A program made the position numbers and the translations under genes. 64,000 bases of DNA from Psammoneis japonica (taxonomy: Eukaryota), in NCBI GenBank assembly GCA_008632985.1, contig QPGO01000004.1, forward strand, positions 310,001 through 374,000, read 5' to 3'. Below the pieces are notes generated by a model. That model saw only the letters and a list, made by a program, of their open reading frames with translations, ran no database searches and was not told the DNA's origin. The stretch's first letter is position 1. Every line of letters begins with the position of its first letter. Below are positions 23,327 to 34,189 of the stretch, one piece after another.

Positions 23327-25219
23327 TCAGACATCGTCCTGCTTCATGAGGGTGCGATAACAATCCTAAGAGCAAAATAACAGAGCAAGGGCATGATGAG
23401 GAAAAAGGCGTGACGAGAGAAGAAACTGCAGACCCCCTTACCTTGATGTTCACAGCTGTACGATTTCTCAGAATCACGCTATATTCACTCTTGATTTTTG
23501 ACCATTTTCCAAAACCAAACTTCCGAACTCCCTCTTTGATGGCTGTTTTTTCCTCCTCGGTAAATCTCCTGCGCTTCTTTGTCCCATCTGGGTTCAACAG
23601 AATCACGTCAGGTCTCTCCATGCGTGAATTTCTCGGCGCCTGAATTTTGGCTCGGTTGGGCACGGCACTAAGCTTAACACCACTCTCTTCTTCACTCTCG
23701 TCGGAGTCTTCAAACTCAAGAGATACCCCGGACGGTTTCTTGGCATATATATCGCTCTGCATTGCTTGCTTCTTTCGGGTGGGACTCTTTCGTGATGTGC
23801 GGCGAGAAGGTGCTACAGCGCTGGCCGCAATCTGCCTGGACTCCTCTAAGGGATCTTCAAACTCTCTACGCAAAGTTGCGCGAGCGGTCTTGAGATTCTC
23901 GACGTCACGATTCTCCTTCGCAGGAGACTTTTTCTTTGATGCAATCTGACCCATCTTTCTCTTTCGAGATTTCAGCGCCCTCGCAACTCCCTCTTCCTGC
24001 GAATCTTCGTCTTCGATATCCTCCGCGTGAGTAGGCTGAGTCTGAAGCATCATTTCTTCACCTTCCTCGCTCTCTTCCTCTCCCTCTTCCAATGCTTCGT
24101 GGAATACGTCTCCCGAGCGACCTCGGTAACCTACCCTAACAAGCGTGGGAGGTGCACCTTCAGTGATATCCCGGGCCCAGTACCTTAGCAAGTCAGATAA
24201 ATGCTTCTGGAACCGATCAAGCGCAAACGGTTTGACCTGAAGAATCTTTCCAAGCTGCTCAAGTGAGACTAGAGCCACGCCGTGGCTGCGGGTGTTCGCA
24301 CGATTGCTACGAACAAGAAAGCCATGTAGCGCTTTCATTGCCATTTCATCGTCCTGGAATTCAGCCTCGATGATTTCACTATATTTGCCAATGCAACCAA
24401 AAGTGCAACAGTGTGACAGGGTTGTCAGTAGCTGCGCTTGGAAGAACTCGCGACTTGATTCTTTTTGGAATGCAACTAGAAGTACTTACGCGAACTCATT
24501 CACGGCCTCGCTTTTCACGTCTGGCCTCCCTTCTTTGCGTGACCGCACCTGTTCTTCAAGTGTGGCTCGAAAGCCACTCAAGGCTCGCTGAATCTTAAGG
24601 AGCCTAAGAATCTTGTTGAACTTTATGCTATACCAGACAGAATCTTCTTTTCCGCGTTCTGGATGCAGCTCATCGCTCTCTTCGTCGAGCCATTCGGAAT
24701 CCTTGCGAATCACCTTTTCTCTCAGGTGCAGCAAGGACGTTTCAAGTTCACACCAATTACTTCTGCCCCAGTCGGAAAGGACTGTGATTGCTGAGCTATC
24801 CTCATCTTGTTTGTACGGAAACGCAACGCAGGAAGCAGCATAGATCTTTGCAAGTCGGTATAAACAGTAAATCCGGCCGTGCTTCTTCTTGTACCCGTCA
24901 ATCTTCCTGAAAAAGTACTGTGAATATGAACAAGCAACGAAGGAGCACCAATATGAGCACCCCGTATATAGCAAAAAGCAATAAAGAGATATCGCAAACA
25001 CCGAGAGGAGCATGACTTAGCAGTGGTCGCCTGTACATTGGCCATCAGTACAAAAAGTACGGCACTTACGGTCATGGACTTCTGCGCTTCGAAGGCATCG
25101 CTAGCTCCTCTGCTAGCGCTCTCCGTCAAAATCTGGTCGCTCAGCATTTCTACTGCATCCACCATGATTCGACGGGAGAGGTCGTCGGGCGCATCATCTC
25201 TTTTCAGCTTGGGCGGCAT
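23327..25219 (-). CDS. Myb/telobox (TRF-like) domain protein, multi-exon
   Basis: C-terminal RRRFTEEEKTAIKEGVRKFGFGKWSKIK..LRNRTAVNIK|DCYRTL after splicing out ~23366-23442. Further GTAAG donors at 25069 and ~24489. The 5' exon structure is approximate. Confidence 0.75.
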
Positions 25220-25557
25220 GGTGAAGAACGGCGCTGATGTCTCTCGTCTCTTCAAAATTTTTGATTGAACTTCTCGCTTCTGCCGCTACATGACACCCAG
25301 TACATTTGCTACAGGGGGTTCAAAACGAATTCTGCGTAAGTTTCTACGTGAACCATATTGTAGTGTAGGGTTGCAAAAATGACGCTATTTCTGGCTGAAT
25401 GAAGCTCATAAAAGGGTCTAAGAAAGACCAAATAAGAAAATTACGAAAACGCATCGAAAATTATGAAAAGCTCAATTTGAATCACCAACGATCGCGATGT
25501 TGTCGTTGTCGTCGGAAAACAGGAGGGAGGTAGCGATAAGCGAGTGTTCAACGTTTG

Positions 25558-26391
25558 ATGACCAGCATGGCGGAACCGGCCGTAAACCAGCTAGTGTCTA
25601 TGGGATTCAACGAGTCCCAGGCGAAAGAAGCACTTCAGAACTGCGGTGGCAACTTAGAGCAAGCTGTCAACTTTCTGCTGGGCGTTGCTCCGCCGACAGT
25701 TTCTTCTACTAGTTTGCCTTCGACGAGCTGCGCCATAATGATATCAGGGGATATTTCTCAGTACTCTGTTGAAAATGGGCGATCGGCTTGTACCTGCATT
25801 GCATTATCGGCTGCAACGTCGTTTCTTGAGCAGATAGAGGCCGGTCAGAGAAAGACTGCGGACGCGATTATCACACCTCAGTTTCTGAATGAGATGGTGA
25901 CCAAGGGGGTTGAAACATATCAAAGAATATCAAGAGAGGGCAGTGTCGAACACTTGTCTGCCGAGGAAGTGCTGCAACAAAAGATTCCCGAGTTTGGTTC
26001 TCTAAAGACGGTAGGCTGCGTCAGACAAGGTGTCTTAGCAGCAGACCGGCAGAACCCCATGGGATTGTATTTGCTCTTACAGGGACTGATGCAAGAAGTC
26101 TCAGACTCAAACAAGTGGTTGGCTGTTCTGATTACAAAAGCGCCCGAAACTGTAATTATATGCTTGCCACCTTCTGGTGTTTCGAACTTCATCTTGTTGG
26201 ATTCGCATCCGAGATCTCAATTTGGAGGTGACTCGTCTTACGGCAAAATACACGAGTCGCTTTCAGACTTGGTCACCAGCCTCGAAATCATTTTTCCTCA
26301 GACTGATTTAGGTCCAGATGTTCCTGAAATGATGTCAATGATGTACAACAGCTTTGATCTCTATCCGCTTGTAACGAATGGAGGAAAATGA
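25558..26391 (+). CDS. UBA-domain protein with putative viral-tegument-like (peptidase C76/VTD) deubiquitinase domain
   Basis: UBA: VNQLVSMGFNESQAKEALQNCGGNLEQAVNFLL. Then GDISQY..GRSACTCIAL and ILLDSHPR (Cys ... Asp-x-His). Confidence 0.7.
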   Translation: MTSMAEPAVNQLVSMGFNESQAKEALQNCGGNLEQAVNFLLGVAPPTVSSTSLPSTSCAIMISGDISQYSVENGRSACTCIALSAATSFLEQIEAGQRKTADAIITPQFLNEMVTKGVETYQRISREGSVEHLSAEEVLQQKIPEFGSLKTVGCVRQGVLAADRQNPMGLYLLLQGLMQEVSDSNKWLAVLITKAPETVIICLPPSGVSNFILLDSHPRSQFGGDSSYGKIHESLSDLVTSLEIIFPQTDLGPDVPEMMSMMYNSFDLYPLVTNGGK

Positions 26392-26743
26392 TCTGGGCTT
26401 GAAACGACTCTATTGTACGTGTACTATCGTACAAATCATTGGGGCTTCCTATCCTCTATCTCACGCCATCCTTGATATCTTCAGTATCACGTTCTCTGGA
26501 TAGAATAAAGTATTCGAGGACTCGAGACAGTAGTCAAATACCATGAAGAATCATCGTTTGATTTTCGTGTTCACCTTGCCACGCGTGTAGCACGTGCGTG
26601 CGTGCGTGTTACAATGTGCTTTACAAAGCTGTCACGCCCATTTTACCCCCTCTTTTTTCGCTGTCAAAATTCGGGCGAAGCAGCGATCCTTTGGTGTCGT
26701 TTCATCGTTGCAAGTGCTACTCCAAGAACATGAAAAGACGACC

Positions 26744-29700
26744 ATGTCCACCTCTCGGAAGGGTTTTGCAGATGATGTTCTCAGGCTGAATTTCAGTGAT
26801 TTGAAAGTCTACGGACGATCGCAAGAACTACGCACCTTGATTGACGTGTATCATAATGTCAGCAAAGAAGACGACACAACGAAATCGAACAATTTTGTCA
26901 TGGTTCAGGGGTACTCAGGAACGGGTAAATCGACGCTTGTTAGAGAATTCCGAAAGGAAATGCGTCGAGGTAATTTTTGTTCGGGGAAATTCCAACAGCT
27001 TCGAGGCACAGAACCCTTTTCAGCTCTGGCGTCGGCGTTCAGTGACTTGTGCAGAGCGATAATCAATTCGAAGCAAGAGGAGCTCTCAAAAAAGATCCAA
27101 ACAACCATGACTGAAACGGAAATTCGTTCATTGGTCAAGGTTGTATCTACGTTGAAAGAATTGATTAGCAGCAGTCTCTGTGAGAGCGACGGTGAACATC
27201 GGATATTCCTGGAGAATCTGCGCAAGGAGGAAGGAACGCAAGGAGAGGGAAAAACTGAATCGTTCAATCAATTGAAGTTCGCATTCAGTGCATTTATTCG
27301 CGCTGTATCTAGTCCTTCTGACCCTCTTGTCGTGTTCCTTGATGATCTTCAATGGGCCGACGTGGGTTCGTTGGATCTTTTCAAGTATCTTGTGACCGAT
27401 TCGACGTTGAGGAACGTTCTGTTTGTTGGTTCCTACAGAGACAATGAGGTGACAAGCGGTATTCATCCTCTAGCTCTTTTGATACGAGATGTCAAAGAAG
27501 AGAAACAGATTATCCGAATCAAGTTAGATAATTTACCTGAGGAAACTGTGAACGAGTTGGTTTCAGATTTAGTTCGGGTGGACGCTGAAGCTTCTATGCA
27601 GCTCACAAGCGTAGTCTTCCAAAAAACACTGGGAAACATCTTCTTTGTTCTTCAGTTCCTCGGACTATTACAACAGGAAAAGCTGCTTTACTATTGCCTT
27701 TCCCATTGCCAATGGATGTGGGACATAGAACGAATAAAGTCCAAGATGCAGTTGTCGGACAATGTTGTCGACCTGGTTGCTTCCAAGATCACGCGTCTGA
27801 ATGATGACGTGCAACGGGTGGCAAAGGTTGCATCTTGTCTCTGCTCTTCTTTTGAGGCTGGTTTGTTGAGCTTGATATTCCTGAAGTTGGACCGACCTTG
27901 GTCTTTGGACGCGATGCGTAGCAAAGACGTGGATGTGTTGGAAATTGTTGAAATAGCTGCTTCTGAAGGGCTGTTGGAACATGTGAGGGGTAGTCGTTTC
28001 AAGTTTAGTCACGATCGCATCCAACAAGCGGCATATTCGCTGATTCCCAAAGGTCAAGTGCTGGAAATGCTGCATCTACAGATTGGCCAACACCTACAAG
28101 AATTAATGAATAGGAATGAATTCGCTGATGGCAATCCCTACGGGAGTAGCAACGAACAAATGATCTTTGTGGTTGCAGATCAGTTAAACCGAGGGCGTTC
28201 TCAAATTTCAAATCCAGAAGACCTAGTGAAGCTAGCTAAATTGGACTTGGTTGCAGCAACAAACGCGGTTCAAATGTCAGCATATGTTCCAGCTTATGAT
28301 TTTCTGAAGTCTGGCGTCGCGGCTCTGGACGAGAACACGAAATGGGAAGACGAGTATGAATTGAGCCTTAATATACTGAGCACCTTTATTGAGGTGTCGC
28401 ATGTCATTGGAGAATTTGAGGAAAGCGAGAAACTTGTAAAGGAAGTTCTAGCCCGTGCTCGGTGCGTCGAGGATAAAAGTCGCGTTCAGATCAGTTTTGC
28501 ACAGTCGCTTGCAGCACAGCAACGCCTGGAGGAGGCGTTAGACTTTGGGATAAAAGCTTTAGATGAGCTTGGGCAGAGGATCCCAAGAAAACCCTCAGTC
28601 CTCCAAGTCATTCCGGCTTTTGTCAAGGCAAAACGTTTGATCAGAAGAATGACCGACGAAGATTTTCTGTCCCTGCCGTTGATGACTGATCGCAATAAAA
28701 TCACCGCACTCAGGATAATCTTTTCTATTGGACGGACCTCATGGATGCTTCAACGATATAATCAGCTATCGATCATGATTTTCCGTTCGATTCAATTGAT
28801 AGCTCGCTATGGCCTTACTCAAGACTCACCCGAAGCATTCGTGGGATATGGAATGGCCCAATCTAGTCTTGGGGACTTGCAGGCGGCTTATCGGTTTGGG
28901 CGAATCGCGAAGAAGTTAGCAGATAGGCTGCATGCTAGGAAGGCAGAAGCAATGATCCTTCCGACGTCCGGATTCTTTTTAGACCACTGGGTTCTTCCTC
29001 TTCAAGATTGTTTGCCAAGTTTCTTACGGGGGCACAAAATTGGAATGGAAGTCGGAAATATAAAATATGCAATGGATGGTGCGTCAGGCTACGTGATCTT
29101 TTACTTTGCTGCGGGTCTGCCGCTAGGACCCTGGGAGAGCGACGCCAACGCTTTTAGTCAGCAGATGCGCGATTACAATCAGGATGATGCATATTACTGG
29201 TTGATGCCGTGGTTGCAGTGTGGTCTGAACCTAATGGGGCGGTCAAGAGATCCAACTGTGTTGACGGGTGAGGCTTTGGACCAAGATGAATTCCTGATGA
29301 AAGTAGCCACTCACAAAAACATGACCGCTCAGCAGAACTTTCAACTGGTTCGTTCCCAACTTGGGTACTACTTTGACGACATGGATCTGGCTGTTGAAAT
29401 GATTGAGAACCTCAGAAAAAACATTGGAAGCAGCAAGGGGCATGTGCTTTATTTCTTGTACCTAGTCTTCCGGGGTCTTATTTCCATTGAAATGTACAGG
29501 CGCACCAAAAAGAGAAGCTTCAAGGTCCGAGGCATGTCTTCTGTCAAGGCACTAAAAGTGCTTGCATCTCGTGGTGGTGTAAACTGTGTGCACAAGGTAT
29601 TGTTGCTGGAGGCCGACTTGGCCGCTACGTCTGGTATGGCAAAGGATGCCGTAAAGCGGAAATTTGATAAGGCTGTTGCTACTGCCTCACGGGTGGGATT

Positions 29701-29983
29701 CTTGCAAGATGCTGCTCTTGCCAACGAGAGAGCAGGATTGTTCTTTCTTCGAGAAGGGAATTCGGAGGATGACGAATTCTGGGCGTCCACATTTCTTTCT
29801 CGGGCCCATGAACTCTATGTTCAATGGGGTGCACTTGGCAAGGCGGAACAACTATGGCGTGTGGCGGGAAGCTCGGTTGTGTCTTCAAATCCAGCATCCA
29901 GCTCGACGAGTTGCAAGGCCATTGCCCGTTTTGATGATTCTGCTGACGCAAAAAGCAAGAGGCTCTCTGTCATTTTAAAGTAG
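26744..29983 (+). CDS. COG3899/AAA_16-type STAND-like ATPase with helical C-terminal region; intronless
   Basis: VYGRSQE, Walker A GYSGTGKS, Walker B VVFLDDLQWAD, GSYRDNEV, KTLGNIFF, FKFSHDRIQQAAYSL, ALANERAG, WGALGK. Confidence 0.88.
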   Translation: MSTSRKGFADDVLRLNFSDLKVYGRSQELRTLIDVYHNVSKEDDTTKSNNFVMVQGYSGTGKSTLVREFRKEMRRGNFCSGKFQQLRGTEPFSALASAFSDLCRAIINSKQEELSKKIQTTMTETEIRSLVKVVSTLKELISSSLCESDGEHRIFLENLRKEEGTQGEGKTESFNQLKFAFSAFIRAVSSPSDPLVVFLDDLQWADVGSLDLFKYLVTDSTLRNVLFVGSYRDNEVTSGIHPLALLIRDVKEEKQIIRIKLDNLPEETVNELVSDLVRVDAEASMQLTSVVFQKTLGNIFFVLQFLGLLQQEKLLYYCLSHCQWMWDIERIKSKMQLSDNVVDLVASKITRLNDDVQRVAKVASCLCSSFEAGLLSLIFLKLDRPWSLDAMRSKDVDVLEIVEIAASEGLLEHVRGSRFKFSHDRIQQAAYSLIPKGQVLEMLHLQIGQHLQELMNRNEFADGNPYGSSNEQMIFVVADQLNRGRSQISNPEDLVKLAKLDLVAATNAVQMSAYVPAYDFLKSGVAALDENTKWEDEYELSLNILSTFIEVSHVIGEFEESEKLVKEVLARARCVEDKSRVQISFAQSLAAQQRLEEALDFGIKALDELGQRIPRKPSVLQVIPAFVKAKRLIRRMTDEDFLSLPLMTDRNKITALRIIFSIGRTSWMLQRYNQLSIMIFRSIQLIARYGLTQDSPEAFVGYGMAQSSLGDLQAAYRFGRIAKKLADRLHARKAEAMILPTSGFFLDHWVLPLQDCLPSFLRGHKIGMEVGNIKYAMDGASGYVIFYFAAGLPLGPWESDANAFSQQMRDYNQDDAYYWLMPWLQCGLNLMGRSRDPTVLTGEALDQDEFLMKVATHKNMTAQQNFQLVRSQLGYYFDDMDLAVEMIENLRKNIGSSKGHVLYFLYLVFRGLISIEMYRRTKKRSFKVRGMSSVKALKVLASRGGVNCVHKVLLLEADLAATSGMAKDAVKRKFDKAVATASRVGFLQDAALANERAGLFFLREGNSEDDEFWASTFLSRAHELYVQWGALGKAEQLWRVAGSSVVSSNPASSSTSCKAIARFDDSADAKSKRLSVILK

Positions 29984-30509
29984 AGCCAGTCTTGTTTATA
30001 GTCAACTCTTCTCAACAGAGCTTTGCAGTCTGTGGCGCATCGTGGGCGCAACACCAGGTTGCGTTGTGGTCGGGGCGGGCAAGCAGGTCGTTGGAAGATT
30101 CACAAACCGCGGACAACCAGAACGCACATGGAGGTGCGCATGCAACACGATTGCTCTACAATAAATCTTGTGATAGACTACACATAGATTCAACATCACT
30201 TCTCTAGGGTCAAAGTTGAAAGTTCAACCTGATGAAGCAATAGAGTTCGAGAGTGGTCCTCGTCTCAAGCATCGCCCGCCTATCGCGCCCGGCCCGCCCG
30301 CCGCGCGCCTCACGCCGCCGTCGTCGTTTGGCTTCGACCGTCATAATCTCTCTATCGATGAGTGAGTGAGTCGTCATTCGTCACATCAGTCGGAGGAGTC
30401 GTCGTTGTCGGTCTGCGGAGTCTGCAATGGCAAATGGGCGATGGGCGAACACAGAACACAGCAATACCCTTTATTCGCTGCACACTAGCTGCAAAATAGG
30501 TAAAAGAAA

Positions 30510-32496
30510 ATGGGCGATTGGCATAGTGCAAAGTTTGGTAGCGACAATGTTGTTATCGAGAATGATCTGACGTTTACCTCTCGACGGTCGCCATTTTTGT
30601 GCCGGAAAGGATGCGTTTCAAGCTCGCAGCCACTTGCTTCCTCGGTGGGTTTGGATTTCCTTCGAAAGGGAGCGAACGCAGCCGATGTTGCTGTTGCGGT
30701 CGCAGCTTGCTTGGCCGTATTGGAGCCATGCAGTACGGGTGTAGGAGGCGATATGTTTTGCTTGTACTATGACGCCTCTACGAAGAAGGTGTCAGCAATC
30801 AATGGCAGTGGTCGATCTCCTCAGAATCTCACGAACGAGGTGATGAAACGGGACTTACCAGACGGAAACGGCGGTATTTCTGAGGCAAATTTTAAGTTCT
30901 CGCAGCATTCTGTTACGGTACCTGGTGCCGTTCAGGGATGGGAAGATGTCGTTAAAAGACACGGGTCTGGGAAGTGGAGTTTATCGGAGCTGTTAGAGCC
31001 GGCGGCTCAATTTGCAGAAGAAGGCTTTCCCGTTACCCCAGTGACAGCACACCACTGGAAAGCTGGTATGTATCAGATCAAAAAGTGGTTCTCTAGCCCT
31101 GACGAGGAAGAGCTTCCTCTCACTGTAGACGGCAAGAACGCGCCAGAGGCTGGGCAGATATTCAGAAATCCTGGTATGGCACGAGTTCTAAGGAGCATTG
31201 GAGAAAAAGGAGCGAAAGACGGGTTCTATAGGAGTGATATAGGTCAGGCTATTGTTGACGTTGTTCAGAGCCATGGTGGATTGCTTACCATGGAGGACTT
31301 GGAGACGCACTCGTCTCTCTTTCCAGATCCGATGTGTGCTTCATACCGAGACGTAAAAATGTGGCAGGTACCACCGAATGGTCAGGGTGTGGCAGCTTTA
31401 GTTGCCTTGGTGGGACTCGAGCACCTTGAGGAACATGGCAAATGTCCAAGGTTGTCATCTGAGAATATTGGCTCTGCTGCCGCATACCATGCACAAATGG
31501 AAATGATGAGACTGGGGTTTGCCGATGCTCGAGCCTACGTCTCTTGTCCGGATTCTTGCCCCGTCTCAAACGAGTGGTTAGTATCCAAGGATCGAGTCGG
31601 GAATAGGGCCGAGGCAATGTTTGATCCTGACAAAGCTCGGATTCAAGGACAGCCTTTGCCCTCGAGCTGTACCGTTAGTTTTCAGGTTGTAGATCCGCAT
31701 GGCAACGCAGTCAGTTTCGTGAACAGGTACGAAGGGCGCACTGCTTGTTGTTTACCGCATTTGTACAAATAACTCATTCATAATTTTGCGCTTAGTAATT
31801 TCACCGGATTTGGTTCTGGTATGTCACCTCGTGGTTGTGGTTTCACTTTGCAGAACCGTGGATCCGGTTTTACCGTCAATGACCAAGATCACCCTAACGC
31901 CGTAGGTGGCGGGAAGCGACCGCGTCATACTATTATTCCATGCATGCTAACACATAAAGATACAGATGAGCTTTATGCTACGCTAACAAACATGGGAGGC
32001 AACATGCAACCTCAGGTATGAAACGATTTCGCCATGTGCCTGTGAGAGCGGGTCTTTTATTCGTTTTCTCACTGTAATCAAAACGTTACCATTGACAGGG
32101 ACATTTGCAACTTACGGTGGACATGGTGGCTGCGGATCTTGACCCACAGGTGAGATTTCACAGTGAAAGTTTTGACGGTTCCAAAGACTCGTCTCAAGAA
32201 TGCTGATACCCCTTTTGTCGTATTATTTCTCAATATTTGTTCTCTAGGCGGCTATTGATAGGCCACGATTCTGTATTCCAGATGGTACCAAGTCAGGAAC
32301 TATGGTTTTGGAAGAAGGAGTTCCTCGAGAAGTTGTCGAAGAGTTGAAGGCTCTTGGTCACGATTTGGTAGCTGACATTTCCGGCCACCGAAGGAGTGTT
32401 TTCGGTCGTGCCCAGATCATTAAGCGCGACCGTGAAACTGGTGTCCTTTGGGCCGGATCTGATGGTCGGGCGGATGGCTGTGCCATGGGATTCTGA
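30510..32496 (+). CDS. Gamma-glutamyltranspeptidase family protein; 4 exons (introns ~31727-31795, 32016-32098, 32150-32247)
   Basis: [32 protein letters not shown], catalytic Thr in [37 protein letters not shown]. Confidence 0.93.
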
Positions 32497-32770
32497 AGAA
32501 AAGTATAGTTAGAACTTGGTAAGAACTACGACTTTACTTAACCTTTAGGGTGCACATTCCTTTTATGGAGATTGCAAGTTCAACCAAGTCCATCTCATAA
32601 GGTAACTAGACCTACGAGTACTCTAGAGGGCCTAGCCTAATAGTGCTATTGTGTCCGAAGTGCACGAGGTGCGATTTCATGATGTTGAGATGCAAGTCGT
32701 CGATCCGTCGACCGTCGAGCTACGGTAACCGACTATACCGTACCGATAAACTCTCTAATAATCAACGACG

Positions 32771-33846
32771 ATGATCACGAAGGACAGCAAAATGAATCGT
32801 TCAGATATCCCTATTGAAGGTTCCATAGAGCGTGGTAGAGTGAGTCGGATTGAGCCTTATGGAGCTTTTGTGCAACTAGATCGCTATTCGAAACGCGGGC
32901 TGGTTCACATTTCTCGCTTGACTACGTGAGTGAAATCTTCTATGGTGTCGTACGGTTGTCCCGTGGGCTATTCTTATTGACAAACCCGGTTCTTCTTGTT
33001 TTGTAGTTACAAGGTAGAAAGAGTTGAGGATGTCGTATCGATCGACGACAATGTTTGGGTGAAGGTGTTGGAAGTTCAGGAGGACGGACCGCACCTGAAG
33101 ATTTCGCTCTCAATGAAAGACGCATCGCAAGATGGCACTGCCCAAGATTTGGAACAGGGAAATCAAGAATCTGATAATCGAAGAAAAGACTTAGAACAAA
33201 GTCTTAATTCGACGATAGGTATGGGTATCGCATTGGATCCAATGGCGGGAATGAGTGGTGGCGGTAGCAACAGACTTGTGCTTAAGAACGCCAAATCAGA
33301 TACGAGAGTATTCAATGGATATGCCTTGGTAGATGACACAGAAGGTGAACCAGAGCCAACATCTCTACCAAATGAAAGTGGTACCGCTGCAGTCGGCTCT
33401 ACCGGTGTGGCAGTAGTAAGGCCTATGGGCCGTGGCCGAGGCACTACTCTTCCAGCTTGGATGACTCAGAAAGCCGTGGCTAGCGCTACCAACAAGAGCG
33501 ACGACGATGGGGATTCTTTTCACTCCAAAGGCTCCAAAAAGGCGGCTAGACGCAAGAAACGCAAGCACAAAGAGAAACGCAAGCATGGGAAGAAAAAAAG
33601 CACAGACACCGCAGAGACGATCGGAAACGTCGACGACGGAGCGACAGTGACGATTCATATGACAGGCATCGAAGAAGTTCGAGCCACAGGGAGGACCGAA
33701 AGCACCGAAGTAGAAAGCACAGCATCAGCTCTTATGATAGTGGTGGTAGCGGGTCAGATTCGAGAGAAGGAGGACGATTCGCGAATTTGGAAGAGGCAAA
33801 AGAGCTTATTGCTAAGCTTGAAGAAAAGAAGAGGCACAAAAAATGA
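32771..33846 (+). CDS. S1 RNA-binding domain protein with basic RS/KH-rich tail (intron 32926-33006; apparent 1-nt frameshift in the A-run ~33591-33599)
   Basis: IEPYGAFVQL..RGLVHISRL..VEDVVSIDDNVWVKVL..KISLSMK, then GRGRGTTLPAWM. Confidence 0.8.
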
Positions 33847-34189
33847 ACCCAACTGTTGGAATGCTAAATAGCTCGATTTTGATGGAACCATGCTATTTGA
33901 TGCTAGCACACAGTACAGATTATTTGGTGAACAGTACTATGATTTGTGATGAATGTTGGAATATCTACCGGTACATCTTCGCGAGACGAAGCCAAGATAC
34001 GACTTCATAGAAACAGCAGAAGCCTGAAGAGACGGCGATGCAGCATGCGATCTCACAAAATATCAAACTGCAACATCGCCTCACAGTAGCCATCGAAACG
34101 ATCCTCAATCCCTACCATCCCTCCATCGATGCGCGAATGGTTACAAGGGTTCCGAATCCAAAAGGTTGCTGCTTGTCTGAATCATTCAA

